Assembly (NCBI GenBank): GCA_964496915.1
Contig: CAZCAX010000002.1
Span: forward strand, 247,553-311,552
Source of the DNA: an uncultured Rhodobacter sp.
GTDB taxonomy: Bacteria > Pseudomonadota > Alphaproteobacteria > Rhodobacterales > Rhodobacteraceae
Direction: 5' to 3'
DNA: 64,000 nucleotides
A model generated the notes under the pieces. It made no database searches, had not been told where the DNA came from, and saw only the letters and a program-made list of their open reading frames with translations. A program made the position numbers and the translations under genes. Shown here in pieces: positions 20,472-34,488 of this stretch (position 1 is its first letter; the number at the start of each line of letters is the position of its first letter).

Positions 20472-20522
20472 GAATGTTGGTCAGTGTCAAGGAAATTATG
20501 GGTTAATGCGGAGATCTGGCCA

Positions 20523-25544
<5,022 letters not shown>

Positions 25545-25562
25545 CCCTCTTTGTTCTCAAAT

Positions 25563-25577
25563 GTTCTCAAAAAGTTC
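25563..25577 (+). promoter_or_regulatory. Candidate alphaproteobacterial LexA (SOS) box GTTC-N7-GTTC
   Basis: GTTCTCAAAAAGTTC. A third GTTC lies at 25553 (N6 spacing). Inverted GAGAAC copies lie at 25599 and 25624. Confidence 0.5.
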
Positions 25578-25633
25578 TTGCGTGGCGGCGCCAGATGTGA
25601 GAACAAAGCATCAACATAGAGTGGAGAACGCCA

Positions 25634-25759
25634 ATGCAAAGCAGCAAACGCCCCCCCTTCCGGAACACCGAACGCGCCACGCTTGTGGGTGATGCCATGG
25701 GCGCGCTGGCTCTTTTCGTGCTGCTTCTGGCTGCACTTCATCTGCCGCTGTTTGCCTGA
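25634..25759 (+). CDS. Candidate 41-aa basic-N-terminus/single-TM peptide downstream of the LexA box
   Basis: GGAG 7 nt before the ATG. MQSSKRPPFRNTERATLVGDAMGALALFVLLLAALHLPLFA. Below the ORF-track cutoff. Hand-counted GC3 is 26/40. Confidence 0.35.
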   Translation: MQSSKRPPFRNTERATLVGDAMGALALFVLLLAALHLPLFA

Positions 25760-25854
25760 GCTGTCCGATTTACTGCCTGCCTCGCGGTCTGGCCCGGTAT
25801 GACGCTTGTCCCGCTGCCGATGGTCCTGAACGGCCCCTACCAGACACGCCACTG

Positions 25855-25886
25855 ACCGCCGCATCGCAAGATGCGGCGGTATTTTT
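25855..25886. terminator. Strong rho-independent terminator (possibly bidirectional, recG side / pcs side)
   Basis: ACCGCCGCATC-GCAA-GATGCGGCGGT (11-bp stem, GNRA-like loop) followed by ATTTTT. Lies 17 nt from the pcs stop on the other strand. Confidence 0.65.
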
Positions 25887-25902
25887 GCTTTGATGAGCGG
25901 AT

Positions 25903-26598
25903 TCAGGTGAGCTTGCGCTCGGCCACTTGCTGGACCGCACCGACCACCAGTAGATAGACGCTGGTCACGATCAGCCCCCATGTCACCAGTTGCGGCTGCT
26001 GGAAATCGGCCCATGCCGACCAGCCTGCCAGAATGGTCCAGACAATGGCGACCGGCAGTGTCAGCCCCCGCCAGCGCGCTGTACGGACCGGGTGAACGAA
26101 CTTGACCGGCCGGAACATCGCCACGGCCAGCACGATAACCAGACCCAGAATCACCCAGAAGTCGGGCTGCGTGGCAAACACCACGACAGCCACCATGTTC
26201 CAGCAGGCGGGAAAGCCGGAAAAGGAATGGTCGGCGGTTTTCATGCGGGTATCGGCGAAATAGAGGACGCTGGCGAAGGTGATCACAATGATCGCAATCC
26301 AGCCTGTCCAACCGGGCAGAAGGCCGGAATTGAACAGCGCGAAAGCCGGAATGAAGACATAGGTCAGATAGTCGATGATCAGATCCAGTAGCACGCCGTC
26401 GATGATCGGTGCCTTGGATTTCACATGATACCGGCGCGCCAGTGGGCCATCGATGCCGTCAACGATAAAGGCTACCACCAGCCACAGGAACATCAGGCTC
26501 CATTCGGCATTGACGGCTGCCAGCATCGCCAGCATGGAAAACACCGCGCCGGTGGCGGTAAAAAGATGGACAGAATAGGCACGCCAGGTTTCATACAT
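25903..26598 (-). CDS. pcs: Phosphatidylcholine synthase (CDP-alcohol phosphatidyltransferase family)
   Basis: VDGIDGPLARR, IIDYLTYVFIPAFAL, FSGFPACWNM, FVHPVR. Collinear with my recollection of rhizobial Pcs. Confidence 0.88.
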   Translation of the reverse strand: MYETWRAYSVHLFTATGAVFSMLAMLAAVNAEWSLMFLWLVVAFIVDGIDGPLARRYHVKSKAPIIDGVLLDLIIDYLTYVFIPAFALFNSGLLPGWTGWIAIIVITFASVLYFADTRMKTADHSFSGFPACWNMVAVVVFATQPDFWVILGLVIVLAVAMFRPVKFVHPVRTARWRGLTLPVAIVWTILAGWSAWADFQQPQLVTWGLIVTSVYLLVVGAVQQVAERKLT

Positions 26599-26636
26599 CA
26601 GGTGTTTTTCGCGTAGTTGGAACCGGGGCGCAACCG

Positions 26637-27608
26637 CTACTTTCTGCCCGCTCCGGCAGAGGAATGCGCGCGCGGGTGGGCGGCGCGGTAGACATCCATC
26701 AGCCGGGCCGTATCGACACCGGTATAGATCTGCGTCGTTGCGAGCGACGCATGGCCCAGCAGTTCCTGTATTGCGCGCAGATCGCCCCCCGCACCCAGAA
26801 GATGCGTGGCGAAGGAATGGCGCAGCGCATGTGGCGTGGCGGTCGCGGGCAGGCCCAGCCGTAGCCGAACCCCCTCCATCGCGCGGGCGATCAGGCGCGG
26901 GTTCAGTGCACCACCGCGGGCGCCACGAAACAGCGGCCCGTCAGCCACCAGTTCATGGGGGCACAACCCGGCATACCGGGCTACGGCGCGGGCCGCGGCA
27001 GGGATGACCGGGACCAACCGTTCCTTTGTGCCCTTGCCCGTGATGCGCAGGCTTTCACCCAGCGGATAATCGCGGCCGCGCAGCCCCAACGCCTCGGAGA
27101 TGCGCAGCCCGCAGCCATAAAGCAGCGTCACCACCGCCACGTCGCGGGCGCGTTGCCAATCGCTTTCTCGCTCATCGCTGACACAATCCAGCACCGCACG
27201 CGCATCGTTCTCGGAAAGCGGGCGGGGCAGGGGGCGGCCAAAGCGCGGGCCGCGCGCAGCCAGGATCACCGAAGGGTCGTAGTCTGGTTCACGCTCGGCC
27301 AGCCAGCGGGCAAAGCTTTTGAGCGAGGAAAGTGCGCGCGCGACCGAGCGCGCGGCATTGCCCCTTGCGCGGGCCTGCGCCATCCAGGCGCGCAGGTCGG
27401 TCGGGGTAAGCGCGCGCAACTGCGCCATGCCCGCTGCCCCGTTGTGGTAATGTGCCAGAAAACTCAGAAAACCCGCGACATCGCTGTTGTAGGCCTTGAT
27501 CGTATGCACGGATGCATCATCAAGCCCGCGCAACCCTGCCAGCCAGTCCGACAGCGCTTGCCGCAGCGCCGGGCTGATCGCCAGCTCCGGCGCAGCCGCG
27601 CGGTTCAT
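26637..27608 (-). CDS. xerC: Tyrosine recombinase XerC
   Basis: RLGLPATATPHALRHSFATHLL, LLGHASLATTQIYT. Lies immediately downstream of a DUF484 gene, the usual xerC context. Confidence 0.8.
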   Translation of the reverse strand: MNRAAAPELAISPALRQALSDWLAGLRGLDDASVHTIKAYNSDVAGFLSFLAHYHNGAAGMAQLRALTPTDLRAWMAQARARGNAARSVARALSSLKSFARWLAEREPDYDPSVILAARGPRFGRPLPRPLSENDARAVLDCVSDERESDWQRARDVAVVTLLYGCGLRISEALGLRGRDYPLGESLRITGKGTKERLVPVIPAAARAVARYAGLCPHELVADGPLFRGARGGALNPRLIARAMEGVRLRLGLPATATPHALRHSFATHLLGAGGDLRAIQELLGHASLATTQIYTGVDTARLMDVYRAAHPRAHSSAGAGRK

Positions 27609-28327
27609 GACAACCAGCGGCGCAACACGCGCTCGAACACGCCGGTAAAGAAGGTCAGAAGATCGGTGCCTTGCCCGGCCTTGAAGCGATGCGGGTCTTC
27701 CGCCCCCATTGCCAGCATCGCCGGCAGCCTGCCCGCCCCCAGATCAAGCCGCATCAACGCCTCGGAGCGCAGGTCGCCCGAGCGTGGGCCATAGGGGCTA
27801 TCTCCGGCGGGCATGCCCTGGCGTAGCACGATGGGGCGCGCAGGCAGGTTTCGCCCCAAGCTCATGTAACTATCGACAAAGCCCGGCGCGCGCACTTTCA
27901 GCACGTCGTCAAGCTTTCCCAACGTGGCTTTTTTCCCGCTTTCGGGGCTTTCCAGCACCAGCCGCAGACAATCCACGCGCAGAATATCGGCCACCTCGCT
28001 GCCCAGAACGGTTACGAAATCCTCGAACCGTTCGGCATCGAGCATGCGTAGCAGCGCGCGGTGAATCTGGTTGGTCGAGGAAAGGTTTTCATAGGCGGCG
28101 GCGATAACAGCGCGGTGGGTCTCTTCCAGCCGTTCCATCCGCGCTTCGAGCCGGTCCATCGCCATCGCGCGCAGATCGACAACATTTCCGCCCATCGCGC
28201 GTTCGGATGCTGTGACCAGCGCGCGCATGATGACCGGATCATCCAGCACAAGGCCCGGATCCGCCAGCACGCGCGCGCGCCATTCTTCCTGTTCGCCCGC
28301 CTGTTTCACGGGTCCGGTTACTGCCAT
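27605..28327 (-). CDS. DUF484-family protein
   Basis: About 240 aa, GAF-like. 4-nt overlap with xerC. Assigned mainly from size and conserved synteny. Confidence 0.7.
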   Translation of the reverse strand: MAVTGPVKQAGEQEEWRARVLADPGLVLDDPVIMRALVTASERAMGGNVVDLRAMAMDRLEARMERLEETHRAVIAAAYENLSSTNQIHRALLRMLDAERFEDFVTVLGSEVADILRVDCLRLVLESPESGKKATLGKLDDVLKVRAPGFVDSYMSLGRNLPARPIVLRQGMPAGDSPYGPRSGDLRSEALMRLDLGAGRLPAMLAMGAEDPHRFKAGQGTDLLTFFTGVFERVLRRWLS

Positions 28328-28370
28328 CTCTGCCCCGATCTTGTTGTCGCTTTTGCGATCTTATACCAGA

Positions 28371-29027
28371 TCAGAGAATTTTCTGTCCGGTTTTTTCCCA
28401 GTCCTTCATGAACTGTGCCAGCCCTGCATCGGTCAGCGGGTGCTGTGCCAGCTTGCGGATCACCTCGGGCGGCGCGGTCATCACATCGGCACCCACCAAA
28501 GCGGCCTGGGTGACATGGTTCACCGTGCGCACCGAAGCCGCCAGGATCTGGGTGTCAAAACCGTAGTTGTCATAGATCTGCCGGATATCGCCGATCAGGT
28601 CCATCCCGTCGAGGTTGATGTCATCCAGCCGGCCAATGAACGGGCTGATGAAGGTCGCGCCTGCCTTGGCGGCCAGAAGCGCCTGATTGGCGCTGAAGCA
28701 CAGCGTGACATTGACCATCTTGCCTTCGCCCGACAGCACCTTGCAGGCTTTCAGCCCGTCCCAGGTCAGCGGAAGCTTGACGGTGATATTGGGCGCGATC
28801 TCGGCCAGTCTGCGGCCCTCGGCGATCATCGCGTCAGCCTCAAGCGCGACCACTTCGGCTGAAACCGGGCCTTCGACGATCGCGCAGATCTCGCGCGTGA
28901 CCTCAATGATGTCGCGGCCTGATTTCAGGATAAGCGAGGGGTTGGTCGTCACGCCATCGACCATGCCAAGGTCGTTCAGCTCGCGGATCGCCGTGACATC
29001 GGCGGTATCGACAAAGAATTTCATCAC
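28371..29027 (-). CDS. Fructose-6-phosphate aldolase / short (type 3B) transaldolase
   Basis: [54 protein letters not shown]. Confidence 0.92.
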   Translation of the reverse strand: MMKFFVDTADVTAIRELNDLGMVDGVTTNPSLILKSGRDIIEVTREICAIVEGPVSAEVVALEADAMIAEGRRLAEIAPNITVKLPLTWDGLKACKVLSGEGKMVNVTLCFSANQALLAAKAGATFISPFIGRLDDINLDGMDLIGDIRQIYDNYGFDTQILAASVRTVNHVTQAALVGADVMTAPPEVIRKLAQHPLTDAGLAQFMKDWEKTGQKIL

Positions 29028-29111
29028 GCTCTCTTCGGGTTGCGGAAGGGTCTGGGCAGCGTCATACCGTATGGATCACGCCTCTGAAACCCCCTTGCCA
29101 CCGCCGCTCGC

Positions 29112-31307
29112 ATGGATTTGCCCGACGTTCACTTCTTTCCCGCCGATGCGCCGCTGGCCGTGCTGACAACCCAGCCGCTGGACCGGGTGCTGGATTACCG
29201 CGCGCCCGAAGGCGGCGCGCGGATCGGTGATTTTGTCGAGGTGCCGCTTGGGCCGCGCAAGGTGCTGGGCGTGGTCTGGGGCCCGCCTGAAAGCAACCTG
29301 CCACCCACCCGTCTGCGTCCGGTCGAGCGCGTGCTGGATGTGCCGCCGATGCGCGATGAACTGCGCGCCTTTGTGATGCGCGCGGCGGATTATACGCTGA
29401 CCCCCCGCTCCTTGATGCTGTTTCTCGCGACCCGCGCGCCGGGCCTGTTTCAAGGGCAGGCGATGCGCCGGGTTTATCAGCTGGGCGACACGCCGCCCGA
29501 GCGGATGACCGACGCCCGCGCCCGCGTGCTGGATGTGATGAAAGGCTATGGTGGTGCGGCGCTGACTATTGGCGAGATCACGCGCGCTGCCGGCGTATCG
29601 GCGGGCGTGGTCCAGACCATGGCCAGTCAGGGCGCGCTGATCGAGGCAGAGACCCCGCGCGACACGCCCTATCCGCGCCTTGACCCGTCGCGCCCGGGCA
29701 AGGATCTGTCGCCCGATCAGGCCGAGGCCGCCACCCGCCTGCGCGCCGCTCAGGGCGATTTCGGGGTGACGCTGCTGAAAGGCGTCACCGGCTCGGGCAA
29801 GACCGAGGTGTATCTTGAAGCCGTGGCGGAATGCCTGCGGCAGGGGCGGCAGGCGCTGGTCCTGTTGCCCGAGATCGCCCTGACCGCCGGTTTCATCGAA
29901 CGGGTCGAGGCCCGGTTCGGCGCGCGCCCCGCCGAATGGCATTCGGGCGTCACCATGACCGAGCGCCGCCGCCTGTGGCGGATGGTCGGCCAGGGCGGGG
30001 CGCAGATGGTGGTCGGCGCACGCTCGGCGCTGTTTCTGCCGTATCGCGATCTCGGGCTGATCGTGGTCGATGAGGAACACGACAGCAGCTACAAGCAGGA
30101 AGACGGCGTCCTTTATCACGCCCGTGACATGGCGGTGCTGCGCGCCTCGCTTGCCGGGGCACAGGTGGTGCTCGCCTCGGCCACGCCGTCGCTTGAAACA
30201 TGGGTGAATGCCGAAACCGGCAAATATGCGCGCATCGACCTGCATGCGCGGTTTGGCGTGGCCGAACTGCCCGAGATGCGCGCGATAGACATGCGGGCTG
30301 AACAACTGCCCTCGGGGCGCTGGATCTCGCCCAGTCTTCAGACAGCGGTCGAGGCACGGTTGCAGGCAGGCGAACAGTCGCTTCTGTTCCTCAACCGCCG
30401 GGGCTATGCGCCGGTGACCACCTGCCGCGCCTGCGGCCACCAGGTGCAATGCCAGCAATGCGATGCGCGCATGGTTGAACACCGGTTCATGAAGCGGCTG
30501 ATGTGCCACCAATGCGGCGCCACCGCGCCGATCCCTACCGCCTGCCCTGCGTGTGGGGTGGAGGGGCGGATGCATGCTGTGGGGCCGGGGGTTGAGCGGC
30601 TGGACGAAGAGGCCCGCGCGATCTTTCCGCAAGCGCGGGTGGCGGTGCTGTCGTCGGATCTGTTCGCCTCGGCGCGCGCGCTGAAAGCGCAGATCGAAGC
30701 GATCGCGGCGGGCGAGGCCGATATCGTCATCGGCACCCAACTGGTCGCCAAGGGCCATAACTTTCCGCTGCTGACGCTGGTCGGCGTGATCGATGCCGAT
30801 CTGGGCCTGCATGGCTCGGATCTGCGCGCGGCGGAACGCACCTTTCAACTGATGCGCCAGGTGGCGGGAAGGGCAGGGCGGGCGGAACGGCCGGGGCTGG
30901 CGCTCTTGCAGACGCATCAGCCCGACCACCCGGTGATCAAGGCAATTCTGTCGGGTGATGAAGAGGGTTTCTGGCGGGCTGAGGCCGCTGAGCGTCAGGC
31001 GCTGGGCATGCCGCCATATGGCAGGCTGGCCGGGATCATCCTGTCCTCGCCCAAGGCCGAAGAGCTTTTCGCCTTCGCCGACGCCCTTGCCGCGCGCGCC
31101 GAACCACTGTTGCGCATCGGTGCGCAGCTTTTTGGCCCTGCTCCGGCCCCGGTCGCCCGTGTGCGCGGCCGCCATCGGGTGCGGCTGCTCATCAAGGCCA
31201 CGAAAGGCGCGCCGTTGCAGGCCGCAATCAGCCAATGGACCGCGCAACTGAAACCGCCGCATGATTTGCGCATCGCCGTCGATATCGACCCGCAAAGCTT
31301 CTGGTAA
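29112..31307 (+). CDS. priA: Primosomal replication-restart helicase PriA
   Basis: LLKGVTGSGKTEVY, VVDEEHD, Cys-rich zinc region CRACGHQVQCQQCDARM...CHQCG, GTQLVAKGHNFP. Confidence 0.95.
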   Translation: MDLPDVHFFPADAPLAVLTTQPLDRVLDYRAPEGGARIGDFVEVPLGPRKVLGVVWGPPESNLPPTRLRPVERVLDVPPMRDELRAFVMRAADYTLTPRSLMLFLATRAPGLFQGQAMRRVYQLGDTPPERMTDARARVLDVMKGYGGAALTIGEITRAAGVSAGVVQTMASQGALIEAETPRDTPYPRLDPSRPGKDLSPDQAEAATRLRAAQGDFGVTLLKGVTGSGKTEVYLEAVAECLRQGRQALVLLPEIALTAGFIERVEARFGARPAEWHSGVTMTERRRLWRMVGQGGAQMVVGARSALFLPYRDLGLIVVDEEHDSSYKQEDGVLYHARDMAVLRASLAGAQVVLASATPSLETWVNAETGKYARIDLHARFGVAELPEMRAIDMRAEQLPSGRWISPSLQTAVEARLQAGEQSLLFLNRRGYAPVTTCRACGHQVQCQQCDARMVEHRFMKRLMCHQCGATAPIPTACPACGVEGRMHAVGPGVERLDEEARAIFPQARVAVLSSDLFASARALKAQIEAIAAGEADIVIGTQLVAKGHNFPLLTLVGVIDADLGLHGSDLRAAERTFQLMRQVAGRAGRAERPGLALLQTHQPDHPVIKAILSGDEEGFWRAEAAERQALGMPPYGRLAGIILSSPKAEELFAFADALAARAEPLLRIGAQLFGPAPAPVARVRGRHRVRLLIKATKGAPLQAAISQWTAQLKPPHDLRIAVDIDPQSFW

Positions 31308-31359
31308 GGGGGCGCAAAGCCCCTTGCCGCCTGCTACAGTTTGCGCCAGAACATCAAGC

Positions 31360-32472
31360 ATGAAAACGCCCCGTTACACCCGCCTCGTCCAGTCGCTTCC
31401 CGCCTCGGTGCCTTTTGTCGGGCCCGAGACCCAGATCCGCGCGCGCGGTGCTGATTTCGTGGCGCGGCTGGGGGCGAATGAAAACGGCTTTGGCCCCTCT
31501 CACCGCGCTATCGCGGCGATGGAGCGGGCGGCTTCGGATATCTGGAAATATGGCGACGCCGAAAGCCATGATCTGAAAGCCGCGCTGGCCGAGTATCTGG
31601 GCGTCACGCCCGCGCATCTGGTGGTGGGCGAGGGGATCGACGGGTTGCTGGGGTATCTGGTGCGGCTGGTGGTGGAACCGGGCGATGCCGTGGTAACCTC
31701 TGACGGCGCCTATCCAACCTTCAACTACCACGTCACGGGCTATGGCGGGGTGCTGCACAAGGTGCCCTATCTGGATGATCACGAAGACCCCGCCGCGCTG
31801 GTGGCCCGCGCACGCGAGGTCGGGGCGAAGCTGGTCTATCTGGCCAATCCGGACAATCCGATGGGCAGTTGGCACAAGGCGCCGGTCATCGAGGCGATGA
31901 TCGAGTCATTGCCCGAGGGCACGCTGCTGGTGCTGGACGAGGCCTATGTCGAATTTGCACCCGCCGGCACCGCGCCGGTCATTGCCGCCGACGATCCCAG
32001 GGTGATCCGGATGCGGACGTTTTCCAAGGTTCATGGGCTGGCGGGGGCGCGGGTGGGCTATGCCGTTGCCGCGCCTGGCCTCATCGCGGCCTTTGACAAG
32101 GTGCGCAATCATTTCGGCATGAACCGCGCCGCGCAGGCAGGCGCACTGGCGGCTTTGGAAGACCGCGACTGGCTGGCGCAGAGCATTGAGAAGGTCGCGG
32201 CCGCACGCGACGCGCTTGCCCGGATCGCCGCCGACAACGGGTTGCGGGCGCTGCCGTCGGCCACCAATTTCGTTGCCATCGATTGTGGCAGCGACGGTGA
32301 CTTCGCGCGCCGGGTGCTTGCGGCGGTGGTCGCACGCGGGGTGTTCATCCGCATGCCTTTCGTCGCGCCGCAGGACCGCTGCATCCGGGTCAGCGCGGGA
32401 CCGGCCGAAGAAATCGCACAGTTCGCCCGCGTTTTGCCCGAGGCGCTGGCCGAAGCACGCGCGGCACAATAG
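31360..32472 (+). CDS. Class-II PLP aminotransferase (histidinol-phosphate aminotransferase-like)
   Basis: [36 protein letters not shown]. Start at ATG 31360. Confidence 0.8.
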   Translation: MKTPRYTRLVQSLPASVPFVGPETQIRARGADFVARLGANENGFGPSHRAIAAMERAASDIWKYGDAESHDLKAALAEYLGVTPAHLVVGEGIDGLLGYLVRLVVEPGDAVVTSDGAYPTFNYHVTGYGGVLHKVPYLDDHEDPAALVARAREVGAKLVYLANPDNPMGSWHKAPVIEAMIESLPEGTLLVLDEAYVEFAPAGTAPVIAADDPRVIRMRTFSKVHGLAGARVGYAVAAPGLIAAFDKVRNHFGMNRAAQAGALAALEDRDWLAQSIEKVAAARDALARIAADNGLRALPSATNFVAIDCGSDGDFARRVLAAVVARGVFIRMPFVAPQDRCIRVSAGPAEEIAQFARVLPEALAEARAAQ

Positions 32473-32560
32473 CCTGACATCGGCTGGTAACGCGCGCGTG
32501 ATTTGGCTTCCTTTGGCTGGAACCCGTGATACTGCCGCACCGGTAGCAATGGAGGCTGTG

Positions 32561-32950
32561 ATGCCGAGAAATCTGATTAAGGGCCTGGTTGCCGCGGGCC
32601 TTTTGGCAGGGGTGCTGTTTCCTGCCGCGTTTGTCCCGCCAGCCATGGCGCAGCATGCGCATGATGATGCGCATGCTCATGGCGAGGCTGCAGCCGATCA
32701 GCCGCCGTCAACACGCGAATTCATCGCCATCAACGACTGGATGCATGAAGCGATGAGCATTGAATTCACCGGCGATGCTGATGTCGATTTCATGCGCGGC
32801 ATGATTCCGCACCATCAGGCGGCGGTCGAAATGGCGCTGGTGGTGCTTGAGTACGGCTCTGATCCCGAGGTGCGGGCGCTGGCGGAAGCGATCATCGCTG
32901 CCCAGAATGATGAGATCGAGATGATGCGGCGCTGGCTCGAAAATCGCTGA
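32561..32950 (+). CDS. DUF305-family periplasmic protein (metal/copper-associated)
   Basis: Signal peptide, His-rich stretch ([12 protein letters not shown]), [16 protein letters not shown] and [14 protein letters not shown] before ATG 32561. Confidence 0.8.
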   Translation: MPRNLIKGLVAAGLLAGVLFPAAFVPPAMAQHAHDDAHAHGEAAADQPPSTREFIAINDWMHEAMSIEFTGDADVDFMRGMIPHHQAAVEMALVVLEYGSDPEVRALAEAIIAAQNDEIEMMRRWLENR

Positions 32951-33053
32951 GCGGGGCGTGATGTGACGCCACGTGCCGATGGCAGGTTCCGGCTTGGAGA
33001 GCGTGGTGCGGGGCGCTAGGCTGGCGGCCATATCCCGCGTCAGGAGAAGGTCC

Positions 33054-33539
33054 ATGTCTGAGCAATTTGTCGCGCGCTCCCCGGCTGATCTGCCGACTGC
33101 CGAGCAGATCAGCGAGCTTTCAGGGCTGGAGTACATGCGCGCCATTCTTGAGGGGCGGATGGCCGGGGCGCCGATTGCCGGGGTGATGGATTTTTACCTT
33201 CATCGCGTCGACGAGGGGCGCGTGGCGTTTCGAGGGCAGCCTGCCTTCGCGCATCTGAACCCGATGGGCGGGGTTCATGGCGGCTGGTATGGCACCTTGA
33301 TGGACTCGGCGCTGGGTTGCGCCGTGGCCACCGTTCTGCCCAAGGGCCGGGTCTATACGACGTTGGAATACAAGGTGAATATCACCCGCGCCCTGAAACC
33401 CGGCACGCTGATCGAGGCCGAGGCGCGGGTCACGCATGCCGGGCGGAGCACGGCTGTCGCCGAAGGGTGGCTGCGCGGGGTCGAGGATGGCAAGCTTTAT
33501 GCCACCGGCTCCACGACCTGCATCATCATGGTAGCCTGA
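33054..33539 (+). CDS. PaaI-family (hotdog fold) thioesterase
   Basis: NPMGGVHGGWYGTLMDSALGCAV, and the overall ~160-aa hotdog layout. Confidence 0.75.
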   Translation: MSEQFVARSPADLPTAEQISELSGLEYMRAILEGRMAGAPIAGVMDFYLHRVDEGRVAFRGQPAFAHLNPMGGVHGGWYGTLMDSALGCAVATVLPKGRVYTTLEYKVNITRALKPGTLIEAEARVTHAGRSTAVAEGWLRGVEDGKLYATGSTTCIIMVA

Positions 33540-33567
33540 ATCCGTAGGGCTGCGCGGACCCTGCCTG

Positions 33568-34470
33568 TCAGGGCTTCGCGACCAGCAGATCGGTCGGTGG
33601 CGCACGCATCAGGTCGCGGGCGTAATTGCCAAGCTGCAAAGGGTCGCGCCCGGAATGTGTGCCGATGCACAGAAGATCGGCGCGCAGTTCGTTCTGGCGG
33701 AAGGCGAGCACCTCATGCACACCGCCGGGCACGATCTCGGGCGGTTCAGCGAATTCAGGCAAATCGGGCATGGCCAGAAAGGCAGTGCGCAACTGTTCGG
33801 CGCGGGTGAGCGCGGCATCGGTGGCTGCGTCGCCGGGGCTGAAACGCGCGCCCAGCGGCACTTGCAGGGCATGGATCGCGTGAAAGCTGGCCTTCGGGGC
33901 GATCCTTGCAGCCATGCGCAGTGCGGCGGCCGAGGCGGGTGAGAAATCGGTCGGGGCCAGAACGCGGCGGTAGCCGTCGCGCGGGCGTTGGTGGGCGATC
34001 AGCACCGGCACAGTGGCGGCAAGCACGATGCGTTCCATGGTGGTCAGGCGCAAGACGTCCAGTACCCGGCGTTCGCGATGCAGGCCCAGGACAAGCATCA
34101 GTGCCGCCTCCTCCTCAGCCAGATCAGAGAGCGACACATCGACCGCACCCCGCAGCAGGCGAATCTCAACCTCGGGGCCGAGGTGGTGGGCCAGATCCCT
34201 GAGGGCGGCCTCGGGGTTCGTCAGGCCGCGTGGCAGCAAGCGCAGGCTGCGACCGATCCGGGTGAGCTTGCCCGGAGCGGCTTCGGCGGCAAACAGATGG
34301 GTTTCGTGCGTGTCGGAAGCGGCCTGGTCGGCATCGGCGGGGGCGGAGGAAACCGAATGTGCGAGGATAAGCCTGGACCGCAGCAGTTCAGCGATCATGG
34401 CGGCACGGTTGCCTACATGGGCCGAGCGCGGCGTGAAATCGGTGGCGGCGATGATGGCGGGCATGGGCAT
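33568..34470 (-). CDS. Tandem universal stress protein (two Usp domains)
   Basis: Two Usp-like halves, each beginning I(I/L)A(A/P)TDF(T/S)P.S. About 300 aa. Confidence 0.75.
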   Translation of the reverse strand: MPMPAIIAATDFTPRSAHVGNRAAMIAELLRSRLILAHSVSSAPADADQAASDTHETHLFAAEAAPGKLTRIGRSLRLLPRGLTNPEAALRDLAHHLGPEVEIRLLRGAVDVSLSDLAEEEAALMLVLGLHRERRVLDVLRLTTMERIVLAATVPVLIAHQRPRDGYRRVLAPTDFSPASAAALRMAARIAPKASFHAIHALQVPLGARFSPGDAATDAALTRAEQLRTAFLAMPDLPEFAEPPEIVPGGVHEVLAFRQNELRADLLCIGTHSGRDPLQLGNYARDLMRAPPTDLLVAKP

Positions 34471-34488
34471 CAGGCGTCCTCGATCAGG

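Noticed and set aside
25773-25854. 18-codon ORF (ATG 25799: MTLVPLPMVLNGPYQTRH) between the 41-aa ORF and the terminator
   Set aside because: It has no SD, is very short and has no distinctive composition. It is more likely just 3' UTR of the upstream small transcript.
26637-27608. Tyrosine recombinase as a possible integrase marking a mobile element. The tRNA-Gly at 2834-2907 was also considered as a possible integration hotspot.
   Set aside because: The recombinase has the XerC/D catalytic tail and the classic DUF484-xerC housekeeping context. No flanking direct repeats, phage genes or compositional shift are visible. The tRNA is flanked by core genes (trmB, ssb), with no integrase or att-like duplication of its 3' end.
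29076-31361. 761-aa ORF on the minus strand spanning the whole priA locus
   Set aside because: It is antisense to an unambiguous priA (Walker A/B, zinc-finger Cys cluster). Its translation is Arg/Gly/Pro/Ala-rich with no motif. This is a typical shadow ORF caused by scarcity of stop codons in high-GC DNA.
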